A DNA stretch of 64,000 nucleotides. Origin: Octopus sinensis (lineage: Eukaryota). A program made the translations under genes and the position numbers. Location of the stretch: NCBI RefSeq assembly GCF_006345805.1, contig NC_043007.1, forward strand, positions 18,228,001 through 18,292,000, read 5' to 3'. Position 1 is the first letter of the stretch, and the number at the start of each line of letters is the position of its first letter. This document shows positions 12,974-24,429 of this stretch, piece after piece. Below the pieces are notes generated by a model. It ran no database searches and had not been told where the DNA came from. It saw only the letters and a list, made by a program, of their open reading frames with translations.

Positions 12974-13147
12974 CGGTTTTTTTGACTATTTATTAAAATT
13001 TTATGTATTGATTAAGTCTTTCCTTGTTTGTTTTGCAAAATAGTGGTTTTGTCTCTAATAATATTTTATAATATTTTACTATAAAATTCGATTTAATCCT
13101 AAATCTGATTTTTTCCCTGTAAATTTGGATTTATTCCCTAATATTTA

Positions 13148-13201
<54 letters not shown>

Positions 13202-13277
13202 ACATGTATCAAAAAAGAATCAAAGGTCCTTACCAAGCCATAATCTGAGAAGACCGGTCCTCCACAACTTCCCAGAT

Positions 13278-13670
13278 GGATGGATGGAAGCACTCCGTCG
13301 GTTACGACGATGAGGGTTCCGGTTGATCCGATCAACGGAACAGCCTGCTCGTGAAATTAATGTGTAAGTGGCTGAGCACTCCACAGACACGTGTACCTTT
13401 AATGTAGTTCTCGGGGATATTCAGCGTGACACAGAGAGTGACAAGGCCGGCCCTTTGAAATACAGGTACAACAGAAACAGGAAGTAAGAGTGAGAGAAAG
13501 TTGTGGTGAAAGAGTACAGCAGGGATCACCACCATCCCTGCCGGAGCCTCGTGGAGCTTTTAGGTGTTTTTGCTCAATAAACACTCACAACGCCCGGTCT
13601 GGGAATCGAAACCGCGATCCTACGACCGCGAGTCCGCTGCCCTAACCACTGGGCCATTGCGCCTCCACTC
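13278..13670 (-). mobile_element. tRNA-head SINE family D
   Basis: A-box TGGCCCAGTGG, B-box GGTTTCGATTCC, 10-bp TSD CTTCCCAGAT. Confidence 0.9.
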
Positions 13671-14133
13671 CTTCCCAGATACTACTGTTGTGCATATAAT
13701 CCCTCCACTCCTGTTAGACAAGATGTTGGTCTGTTGCGTGATTATTCATTCATGACAGTTGAGTGACATTTCTCTTGCTTATTTGTATTCAAAACTGTAT
13801 TCCGTGCAAATATTTCTAACTTCTAATTTTGCTGATCCGTATTTTTTTTTTTTTGCTTCTATACTCATTTTTATAGCAGGCATGGCTGTTGGTACCTATG
13901 GCAAAGGTCTTCTGCTATAACCTTAGGCCAACCAAAGCCAAAGCCTTGTGAATGGATTTTGTAGATAGAAACTAAAAGAAATTTATGTGTCTATCTAATT
14001 AACTTCTTGAAGATTTTAGGTATAATTATACTAATATGTCCATCTGTTCTAATTTAATTAAATTCTATGTCTTTGTGCAGCTGAAGATTGCTCTGCATTT
14101 TAAACTGATGTAATGATTGCATTGTTTAATTAA

Positions 14134-14320
14134 CCCTTTTGTTACCAACCTGGCTGAAACCGGTTCTGGCTCTGAATACAAATGTCTTGTTATCATAAGT
14201 TTTGAATTAAAATCTTCCACCAAACCTTAATCACAATTTATGTTCCTAACACTAGCTGAATGATAACAAAATTATTTTACTAAATTCTTTGTTATATTTA
14301 AAGTAACAGTAACAAAAGGG
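14134..14320. mobile_element. piggyBac-like MITE
   Basis: TTAA|CCCTTTTGTTAC ... GTAACAAAAGGG|TTAA. Related partial copies occur at 1-55 and ~31506-31677. Confidence 0.75.
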
Positions 14321-14534
14321 TTAAATGGAGTTGCATGAAACGATAGTACTGCATTACCTCTGGATATCCTTGTGGCTTATTTTGATTTTAATCACCTTAC
14401 TTTGAAATCGTATGGATAATACTGTACTAAACGCCGGTGCCTCAACTTAAGTACCATATTCATCTGAATCTAAATTTTTGCTTATATATATATAGGTGAG
14501 AAAGTTGGTTTGTGAAAGCACGTGGTTGAATATA

Positions 14535-14790
14535 TAGAAAATAGTAAAAAGTGAAAAAACTACTGAAGGCTTGTTTTAAAAGGTTAAAAAATATATATTT
14601 GAGTCAATATGTCTGAAGAATGTTATAAATTTTTTCATACAATGACATAGTTTAGAAACCGGTCATTTCTTCTAAACTATGTCATTGTATGAAAAAAATT
14701 TATAACATTCTTCAGACATATTGACTCAAATATATATTTTTTAACCTTTTAAAACAAGCCTTCAGTAGTTTTTTTCACTTTTTACTATTT
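14535..14790. repeat. Fold-back palindrome, ~123-bp arms and ~13-nt loop
   Basis: The arms differ only by homopolymer-length indels. Confidence 0.92.
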
Positions 14791-15481
14791 TATATATATA
14801 CACATATATATATATATTATATTTTTTATCATATATAATATACATACATACATACATATATATATAATTTATTTGGTCAAGATAGTTTACTAAGTTTTAT
14901 AGCTTCAAAGCATAAGTTATAATGTCCAATAGAATATGAGATTATTAATGAAATGTAAGATAACATTCACTATTTACTAAATACCTACTGTTAATTCTCT
15001 AAAACGATGGGTAAAACACAAACCATCATTCACATACCTTCATATTCACAGACTGTTTCATGTCTACACAGTCTCTTTGAATACTCCATCAGTAGTCTGT
15101 CATCATGTGTGTGTTCCCTCGGCCTTGATATCTCTCCTCTGTAATCTTTATTGCTTGATGAAAATAATCACCATGCTCATTGCTCACATCTCCGAGATTA
15201 GAAGAAAATTCATCAAAATTGCTATTGAGAAAATGAAGCTTTATACTTATGTTGGAGCCTAAAAGATGAAAGTTATCAAGTAATTTCTCCACCACATCCT
15301 TGTTTTTTACAGCCTTTTCACTCCCCCAAAATCCTCTCACAACATCCACAAAAGAATCTTATGCTCTTTTTTCTGTATCAGTCATCAAGCTCAAGAAATT
15401 CTGGTATTTCATTAACTTTCTGATTTGAGGTCCATCAAAAGTACATACTGTTATTTTATCATAACCCGGACTAGGAAATGT

Positions 15482-15811
15482 GAAGGTGTGTGGCTTTGTG
15501 GTTAGGGCATTCGGCTCACGATTGTAAGGTCATGAGTTCGATTCTTAGCGACACGTTGTGTCCTTGAGCAAGACACTTTATTTTACTTTGCTCCAGTCCT
15601 CTCAGCTGGCAAAAATGAGTTGTACCTGTATTTCAAAGGGCCAGCCTTCTCGCACTCTGTGTCACGCTAAATCTCCCTGAGAACTACGATAAGGGTACAC
15701 GTGTCTGTGGAGTGCTCAGTCACTTGCATGTTAATTTCATGAGCAGGCTGTTCCGTTGATCATATCAGCTGGGACCCTTGTCATCGTAACCGACAGAGTG
15801 CTCCTTTTTTA
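15482..15811 (+). mobile_element. tRNA-head SINE (family D variant)
   Basis: 13-bp TSD GACTAGGAAATGT. Same 3' end as 16238-16620. Confidence 0.85.
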
Positions 15812-16237
15812 GACTAGGAAATGTACATATGAATTTGAAACAGTTACCCTCCACATTAAGAGCTTTGATAAATTGTTTCATTGGTCCTAGTCTAATATGA
15901 AGGGGTGGAAAGCTGATTTTTCTCTTGCTCAACAAGTGGTTGGTGTATGATATTCTTCTCTCCAACAGTCAAACTTTACCTAATTGGCCAGAATCTGTAT
16001 TCTGAATGTCTGTATCTTGCTTGGCTATCCCATAAACACAGGAAGCAGGGATATTTTGTATACCTTCCTTGTTGGCCAAGTAAAAAGTTGACCATCTTTA
16101 GAACCACACATTTGAGTTCATCATACTTGAGTAAATCTAATATAATTTTTATGTGATCAAGATTCGCTTTTAAGGGCACAAAATGACCAATAAGAAGTGC
16201 ACCAAACAAGTTTCCATTATGGAGTAATACACATTTT

Positions 16238-16620
16238 GTGGAGGCGCAATGGCCCAGTGGGTAGGGCAGCGGACTCGCGGTCGTAAGATCGCGGTTTCAA
16301 TTCCCAGACCGGGCGTTGTGAGTGTTTATTGAGCGAAAACACCTAAAAGCTCCACAAGGCTCCGGCAGGGATGGTGGTGATCCCTGCTGTACTCTTTCAC
16401 CACAACTTTCTCTCACTCTTACTTCCTGTTTCTGTTGTACCTGTATTTCATAGGGCCGGCCTCGTCACTCTCTGTGTCACGCTGAATATCCCCGAGAACT
16501 ACGTTAAGGGTGCACGTGTCTGTGGAGTGCTCAGCCACTTACACGTTAATTTCATGAGCAGGCTGTTCCGTTGATCGGATCAACCGGAACCCTCATCGTC
16601 GTAACCGACGGAGTGCTTCC
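16238..16620 (+). mobile_element. tRNA-head SINE family D
   Basis: 12-bp TSD AATACACATTTT. Near-identical inverted counterpart of 13278-13670. Confidence 0.9.
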
Positions 16621-16687
16621 AATACACATTTTAGACTCTTCTTTGAACTATCTACAAAGTGTCTCCATTCACTAGGATCATACTGTT

Positions 16688-17090
16688 CGGATCTTTTCGG
16701 TTTGACCGGCAGTTTTTTAAAATAATTTCCACGTAACTAAACACTTTTAAACTTCGTATACTGGTAGAATGTGTTTATAAAACATCTTTTTCTCTTGGCT
16801 TTATTGAGAAAATTCTCTAGTTTGTAAGATATTTGTTGTTGTTTTTCTTCAATTTCTGAAATTTCAACCAATCAATGCCGTATGAATATGTCCCTTGTTT
16901 AAGAAACAGATTGGGATTTTTCTGAAGAAAAAAATATACCCTTCCCCCCATTCCTAACCCTAACTAACTCTAACTAACCCTAACCCTAAAACAGATTGAA
17001 ATGCAATAGATCGATACTAGGGTCATAATTATGGGTGACAATTTCATGTGACACCGCTAGAAAAAACTACCATTCAAACCGAAAGGATCC
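16688..17090. mobile_element. MITE with 17-bp TIRs, 7(-8)-bp TSD and internal CCCTAA repeats
   Basis: GGATCTTTTCGGTTTGA ... TCAAACCGAAAGGATCC, flanked by TACTGTT duplications. Removing it restores the transposase frame MGVKQYDPSEW. Confidence 0.8.
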
Positions 17091-17368
17091 TACTGTTTAA
17101 CACCCATTGCATTTAACAGTCTCACCATATCACAACAGTAAACAAAATCTTTTCCAGTAGTAAGGAATGCCAAGACATCTTTTTCCCTGTTCTGTTAAAA
17201 AGTCACTTTTCTTTTCTTCTCCAACAAATTCTTCTCTTTAAGCCTAGAAACTAACAGTTCTGATAACTCTTGATAGCCCTAGGCCTCTAACTAAATCATT
17301 AAGTTCTGCCTGGTTGAAGTTTTTATGCTGTTGGGTTGATGTTTCTACAATGTCTGTATCACTGTCAT

Positions 17369-17803
17369 ACTCTTTTACTCTTACCTGTTTCAGTCATTTG
17401 ACTGTGGCCATGCTGGAGCACTGCCTTTAGTCAAGCAGATCGACCCCCAGGACGTAATCTTTGTAAGCCTAGTACTTATTTTTTGTAAGCCTTGTATTTA
17501 TTCTATCGGTCTCTTTTGCCGAACCGCTAAGTTACGGGGGACGTAAACACACAAACATCGGTTGTCAAGCGATGTTGGTGGGGGGGGGGACAGACACAGA
17601 CACACAAACATATATATATATATATGCATATACATATATATGACAGGCTTCTTTCAGTTTCCGTCTACCAAATCCACTCACAAGGCTTTGGTCGGCCCGA
17701 GGCTATAGTAGAAGACACTTGCCCAAGTTGCCATGCAGTGGGACTGAACCCGGAACCATGTGGTTGGTAACAAGCTACTTACCACACAGCCATTCCTACG
17801 CCT
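17369..17803 (-). mobile_element. SINE family A
   Basis: Reverse copy between two ~210-bp direct repeats. Confidence 0.85.
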
Positions 17804-18208
17804 AGTAGTAAGGAATGCCAAGACATCTTTTTCCCTGTTCTGTTAAAAAGTCACTTTTCTTTCCTTCTCCAACAAATTCTTCTCTTTAAGCCTAGAAACT
17901 AACAGTTCTGATAACTCTTGATAGCCCTAGGCCTCTAACTAAATCATTAAGTTCTGCCTGGTTGAAGTTTTTATGCTCTTTGGTGATGTTCCTACAATGT
18001 CTGTATCACTGTTATGTTCATGATTTAAATCTACTTCACATATATCACTTTCATCTTGCCGTGAAGGTAGATCCTTGAAAACAGGTACTGATATTTCATC
18101 TGAGTGAAACTCTGGACGAATTGTTGAATCCAGATTTGGGTAACCTATTTTCTGTCAAGTTCTCTTGCTATAACCAGACGTTTTTATGAGATAAAAGTAG
18201 AGATAAAA

Positions 18209-18600
18209 GGTGCAGGAGTGGCTGTGTGGTAAGTAGCTTGCTAACCAACTACATGGTTCCGGGTTCAGTCCCACTGCATGGCATCTTGGGCAAGTGTCTT
18301 CTGCTATAGCCCCGGGCCGACCAAAGCCTTGTGAGTGGATTTGGTAGACGGAAACTGAAAGAAGCCTGTCGTATATATGTATAAATATATGTATATATGT
18401 GTGTGTGTGTGTTTGTCCCCCTAGCATTGCTTGACAACCGATGCTGGTGTGTTTACGTCCCCGTTACTTAGCGGTTCGGCAAAAGAGACCGATAGAATAA
18501 GTACTGGGCTTACAAAAGAATAAGTCCCGGGGTCGATTTGCTTGACTAAAGGCGGTGCTCCAGCATGGCCGCAGTCAAATGACTGAAAAAAGTAAAAGAA
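18209..18600 (+). mobile_element. SINE family A
   Basis: Full-length copy inside the transposase remnant. Confidence 0.85.
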
Positions 18601-19722
18601 ACGAAAAGATAAAGAATCGTTTACATGGTTCTTTGCACATTGTTGTCTGACATCTCGTTTTAATGGAATATATTTACCAAAATTACATTAAAAAAATATC
18701 TTGAAATACTAAAGAGTGACTTAGAGGTTTGGCAAAAGAGATGATAGAATGAGTATTATTAGGCTTACAAAGAATAAGTCTTGGGGGGTCGATTTGATCA
18801 ATTAAAAGTGGTGGTGCTCAAGCATGGCCACAGTCAAATGCCTGAAAAAAAGTAAAGAGAATAAGAGAATAAGTTTCCGCTTGAGTAACAACAACAACAA
18901 CAACAATATTTTGTGTCCGAGGTCAGGATGAGGAAAAGGAGACTTTTTTTCCTTTGTCTTTTCTTGCTACTAAACCAGACCAGACCAGCCACTCTCAATC
19001 TACACAAACATGAATACACACCATACACCATTCGCCACACACTTCTGCACATGAGCACACACATAAACACACAAACATATATATCCACACACACATATAT
19101 CCACACACACGTCTATAGACACACACGTCTATACACGCATGTCAATACACACACTTGTAGGGACTCCTTCATATTTGTATGTGAACAAATGCATCCATAT
19201 TTTGTATGTATATGTACACTCTTGTACGAACACGTATATATAGAAGCACATAAACGCACAAACACATAAACACTCACATACTTCACAAACAAACATGTAT
19301 TAACACACACACACACACACAAACACACACGTACAAATATTAAACACACCCACAACTCAAATAGTTCCAGTCACTTGATACATAAGCATGCATTCACTCC
19401 TACACATTCACACACACTTACGCACATATATATATACACATTCCACATTCCAATGGCCAAACATTTACACTTCAAGCACACACAAATACAAGACACACAA
19501 ATACAAATACTTGCCAACATACACACACCTCTACACACTGTGACTGCATTGCTCACTGCCTTATACAATGAAATTTACTCGCCCACGGTTTAATCTTCTT
19601 AATAAAACAGAAAACAAGTATATACATCACTGCAATAGTTACATTCTTATTTTTAAAAATGTTACATTTAGAGCGTAGGAGCGGCCTATAATGTAACACC
19701 TTCACGATTAAGATGATGAATA

Positions 19723-20120
19723 GGCGTAGGAGTGGCTGTGTGGTAAGTAGCTTGCTTACCAACCACATGGTTCCAGGTTCAGTCCCGCTGCGTGGCACCT
19801 TGGGCAAGTGTCTTCTGCTATAGCCCCGGGCCGACCAATGCCTTGTGAGTGGATTTGGTAGACGGAAACTGAAAGAAGACCGTCGTATATATGTATATGT
19901 ACATATGTATGTGTGTGTGTGTGTTTGACCCCTAGCATTGCTTGACAACCGATGCTGGTGTGTTTACGTCCCCGTCACCTAGCGGTTCGGCAAAAGAGGC
20001 CGATAGAATAAGTACTGGGCTTACAAAGAATAAGTCCCGGGGTCGATTTGCTCGACTAAAGGCGGTGCTCCAGCATGGCCGCAGTCAAATGACTGAAACA
20101 AGTAAAAGAGTAAAAAGAGT
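19723..20120 (+). mobile_element. SINE family A
   Basis: First unit of a tandem duplication. Confidence 0.85.
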
Positions 20121-20174
20121 ATAGGGCGTAGGAGCGACCTATATGTAACACCTTCACGATCAAGATGATGAATA

Positions 20175-20730
20175 GGCGTAGGAGTGGATGTGTGATAAGT
20201 AGCTTGCTTACCAACTACATGGTTCCGGGTTCAGTTCCACTGCGTGGCACCTTGGGCAGGTGTCTTCTACAATAGCCTCGGACCGACCAATGCCTTGTGA
20301 GTGGATTTGGTAGACGGAAACTGAAAGAAGACCGTCGTATATATGTATATGTATATTTATGTATGTCTGTGTGCATATGTTTGTGTGTCTGCATTTGTGT
20401 CCCCAACATCGCTTGACAACCGATGCTGGTGTGTTTACGTCCCCGTAAGAGACCGATAGAATAAGTACTAGGCTTACAAAGAATAAGTCCTGGGGTCGAC
20501 TTGCTCGACTAAAGGCGGTGCTCCAGCATGGCCGCACTCAAATGACTGAAACAAGTAAAAGAGTAGAGTATATATATGTGTGTGTCTGTGTTTGTCCCCA
20601 CAACATCGCTTGACAACTGATGCTGGTGTGTTTACGTCCCCGTGACTTAGAGGTTCGGCAAAAGAGACTAAAGGCGGTGCTCCAGCATGGCCGCAGCCAA
20701 ATGACTGAAACAAGTAAAAGAGTTAAAAGA
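20175..20730 (+). mobile_element. SINE family A plus a further 3' half-copy
   Basis: Second tandem unit, followed by a partial copy at ~20570-20730. Confidence 0.8.
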
Positions 20731-21387
20731 GTATTATTGCCAACATTCTTCATTTCTTCATTTTACTCTTTACAATCATTTGATTTCCTTTTATGCTTCC
20801 AAGTTTTCAAAACAACTAATTTTCTACTTTTCTCCTTCACGGTTTTTTAATCTCGACATTCTATTGTAATTTGTTTCACTAGATTAGACAACTTATTTTC
20901 CCTTCGGGTAACTCACAACAGCTTTGGACACCGTCAGTTGTTTTTGCATAAAAGGTGTGACTAATTAAATTAGTAATGATCATTTAGTGCTTGTAATTAA
21001 ATACTATACATACACTAAAAAGAGACAATCCATTTAGCTTTGTAATGTAGGCAGTCTGTACTAATTTTCCAGTCAATTACGAAAATATTAATTTAATATG
21101 TGAAATTAAATGTATAATTCTGTAAACAACTAATATTTTAATGCTAGATAAGCACACTTTCTCTGTAATCTTCAACCTCAATAAATATGCTATAAATATA
21201 CTATGCAGGCGTGGCTCTGTGGTAAGATGTTTGCTTCTCAACTACTTGGTTTCAGGTTCAGTCCCTCTGCATGGCAACTTGAGCAAGTGTCTTCTACTAT
21301 AGCCTTGAGCTGGTCAAAGCCTCGTGAGTGGATTTTGTTGATGGAAACTGAAAAAAGCCCATCGTATATATGTTTATCAAATTTGAA

Positions 21388-21622
21388 AGGCGGCGAGCTG
21401 GCAGAATCGTTAGCACGTCAGGCAAAATGCTTAGCGGTATTTCGTCTGCCGTTACGTTCTGAGTTCAATTTCCGCCGAGGTCGACTTTGCCTTTCATCCT
21501 TTTGGGGTCGATTAAATAAGTACCAGTTACGCACTGGAGTCGATATAATCGACTTAATCAGTTTGTCTGTCCTTGTTTGTCCTCTCTGTGTTCAGTCCCT
21601 TATGGGTAGTAACGAAATAGGT
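21388..21622 (+). mobile_element. SINE family C (GGCGGCGAGCTGGCAGAA head)
   Basis: B-box GAGTTCAA(A)TTCC and central GGTCGACTTTGCCTTTCATCCTTT.GGGGTCGAT.AA..AAGTACCAG. Confidence 0.8.
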
Positions 21623-21965
21623 ATATATGTTTGTCCCTCTCCACCACTTGACAGCCGATGTAGTAACTTGTACCGGTCTGTTCAGTGTCCTCTTGGTTGG
21701 AGGTCATGAAATCAGGATGGTAAATTATATCTTTGCTGATGACAAATTCAGAGTCATTCAGCTATGTCACATGGAAAATTTTGATTACAGATTGATTTCC
21801 GTGATATTTCATGCTAGTGTCAACCAAATAAGTAGGGTGTCTGTAATATACAAAGAGACATACTTGTTTCAGGAACTGGCGGCAGGAATATTTTCACATT
21901 TTCGCTGCTTTGAATTCATTCAGATAAGCACATGTCTCATAGTAAGACTAGTTGGATGTAAAGTT

Positions 21966-22408
21966 CGGATCTTTTCCTTTTGAACGGCACACAATTTCTA
22001 GTTAACTAAACACTTTAAAACTTCGTATACTGGTAGAATGTGTCAAAATAAATTTTTTTCTCTTGGCTTTCTTGATAAAATTGTAATTAGTTTGTTTAAC
22101 GTAGTTTAATTTTTCGAATTTTAACCAATGAATCACCTCTAATTGAGCTAAAATCATTTGCTGCGTCTAAAACTGTGACAACATCCTGTCACTAACCCTA
22201 ACTCTCACCCTCACCCTAACCCTAAAATTTTTTTTTATTAATTGTTAAATTAATTTAATTGTTACGCGTGTAAAAAAAAAACGAAAGCATACGGAAAGCG
22301 TGTGTATAAAATTATAGAATTATTTTGTTTGTTAATTGTTTAAACTATTTTCCATTGCTTTCGTTTTTGGATCTTTTCCTTTTGAACGGCACACAATTTC
22401 TAGTTAAC
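21966..22408. mobile_element. Related CCCTAA-containing element with its 5' head repeated after 402 bp
   Basis: Shares ggatctttt..tttga, aactaaacacttt.aaacttcgtatactggtagaatgtgt and CCCTAA units with 16688-17090. Confidence 0.6.
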
Positions 22409-22944
22409 AAAGTTCTATTTGTAGTAAATATTTGCTTAACAACCAAATATTTCGTCAATGACTAAAACAACAGAAGCAAATATTTTCCACGATCAAGGAA
22501 ATACGGTGTATTTTTTATTTTTTGCCTATGTTGGGCTTCCATGATTTTCCATTTCAGCTTTTAGACAGTGAGATAACAAAACATGTATGTGTTCCTGTCA
22601 GGCTTCCATAGTTCTGTTAATCTAGTTACAAGTCAGTCAGTCAATAGATGTGAATGCGTGTCTTTTGTCACAAGTCAATGTGAAGCAGAAAGTTTCATTG
22701 ATTCCAGTTCAGAAGTCAGCAATTGCAAATTATAATGATGTATGTATGTTGTCTGTGAATATGACAAGAAGAGAATAAGAGTTGTGTCCTTTTTCAGTGT
22801 TGCTGAAATGAGAATGTCTGGGATGAATAAGATGACATACCAATACGGTCTCAAATCAACTTATACATTCTTGTTACGTGACTAGGAGAGGACTATTAAA
22901 ATTAAAAGAAAAGTTCAGTGCGGTTGAACGTAAAAATGAATACT

Positions 22945-23126
22945 ATCTTTTACCTCTTTCAGTCATTAGGCTGTGGCCATGCTGGGGCACTGCCTTGAAG
23001 AATTTTAATTTTTTTAGCTTGGTACTTATTCACTTGATCTCTTTTGCCGAACCGCTATGTTATGTGCACATAAACTCACCAACATCAGTTGTTAAGTGGT
23101 GGTGGGTAGGACAGACAGACAGACAG

Positions 23127-23170
<44 letters not shown>

Positions 23171-23320
23171 CCAAAAGCTCATATAATCAAAGGGCTTCTT
23201 CCAGTTTCTGTCAACCAAATTCCACTCACTAGGCATTGGTAGTAGCAGATACTTGCCTAATGCAACACATAGTGGGATTGAACCCAGAACCATATGGTTG
23301 GGAAGCAAGCTTCTTATCAC
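22945..23320 (-). mobile_element. SINE family A (diverged)
   Basis: Diverged reverse copy. Confidence 0.7.
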
Positions 23321-23547
23321 ACAGCAACACCTTTAGCTATTATGTTACATATAAAGGTAAAAAGGGTAAAGATCCCCTTTGGGCCAAGTTATTTGTAGAA
23401 GACCAGCAGTTGCCCAGGCATACCAGCCTCCCCTCTCCATGCCACTGATGTTATCCAAGGGAAAGGCAAAGGCTGATACAGCTGAGTGAACTGAGGCAAT
23501 GTGAAATAAATGTCTTGCTCAAAAACACAACACTCAGCCTTCACTGT

Positions 23548-23770
23548 GAAGGCACATGGCTCAGTGGTTACAGCGTTGGGCTCACAATCCTGAGGTAGTG
23601 AGTTTGATTCCCAGACTGGGCTGTGTGTTGTGTTCTTGGGCAAGACTCTTTGTTTCATGTTTCTCCAGTTCACTCAGCTGTAAAAATGAGTTGCGATGTC
23701 ACTGGTGCCAAGCTCTATCGGCCTTTGCCTTTCCCTTGGATAACCTTAATGGTGTGTGGAGAGGAAACTA
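23548..23770 (+). mobile_element. tRNA-head SINE with ctccagttcactcagctgtaaaaatgag central domain
   Basis: A-box TGGCTCAGTGG, B-box GAGTTTGATTCC. Related copies at 23380-23530, 28562-28730 and 48230-48355. Confidence 0.75.
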
Positions 23771-23834
23771 GTATGCCCTTAATTCCCTTGTGTTCAAAGT
23801 CAAATTAGAAAGTAGTTGATATAGATATAAAGGG

Positions 23835-24138
23835 CACCATTCGAGCGTGATCGTTACCAACGTTGCTTCGCTGGCTCCTGTGCCAGTGGCACGTGTAAAA
23901 AGATTCGAGCGAGTCATTGCCAGTACCGCCTGACTGGCCCCTGTGCAGGTGGCACGTAAAAAGCACCCACTACACTCTCAGAGTGGTTGGCATTAGGAAG
24001 GGCATCCAGCTGTAGAAACTGCCAGATCAAGACTGGAGCCTGGTGTAGCCATCTGGTTGCCAGCCCTCAGTCAAAATCGTCCAACCCATGCTAGCATGGA
24101 AAATGGACATTAAAGGATGATGATGATGATGATGATGA
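23835..24138 (+). mobile_element. Family B retroelement
   Basis: Two modules and a (GAT)n tail. Confidence 0.75.
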
Positions 24139-24429
24139 TAAACTCTTCTGGAAACCAAATAAGGGGCTGTCATATATTCACACAGCTTCCTGTCATTTAG
24201 CCATAGTTTTCAAAAATATAGTTAAGTGTGTTAGCAAATGGATCTATGACCTACGTTCAAATAAGATATTTGATGCTGTGGCATAACTAAGCACTAATTG
24301 TTTAATGAATTGAAAGATAGCATTTCTAATATGCCTGATTTTAGCTCTACAAAGAAAAAGCTCCACTGTAAGGTCATTATGGTTCAACCCTTTCACTGTG
24401 GTGATTAGATTTATCTACTCAATATTTCA

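Larger units (their letters stand above)
9622..13145. repeat. ~560-bp inverted arms (9622-10185 / 12512-13070) around a 2.3-kb interior of degenerate direct repeats
   Basis: The arms are near-identical reverse complements, each carrying a hammerhead. The interior repeats atgaa(c/t)ggagaaatggaataaatgg at ~10235, ~10925 and ~11740. Confidence 0.85.
15050..18700 (-). mobile_element. Chapaev3-like (CMC) DNA transposase remnant split by five insertions
   Basis: Collinear fragments: KNHVND, YPNLDSTIRP, FNQAELNDLVR, YDPSEWRHFVDSSKKSLKCV, LLGQQGRYTKYPCFLCLWDS, FPPLHIRLGPMKQFIKAL, FDGPQIRKL, SIKLHFL..LGDVSNEHG..FHQ..EERYQG. Family name assigned from memory of these motifs. Confidence 0.75.

Noticed and set aside
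16238-16315. tRNA-like sequence (also at 13595-13670, 23548, 40900 and 57999)
   Set aside because: A/B boxes are present but there is no acceptor-stem pairing. Each continues into a SINE body, with TSDs in several cases.
21203-21709. 168-aa ORF and similar recurring peptides such as [14 protein letters not shown] and [13 protein letters not shown]
   Set aside because: Chance frames through SINE families A and C, repeated at every copy.
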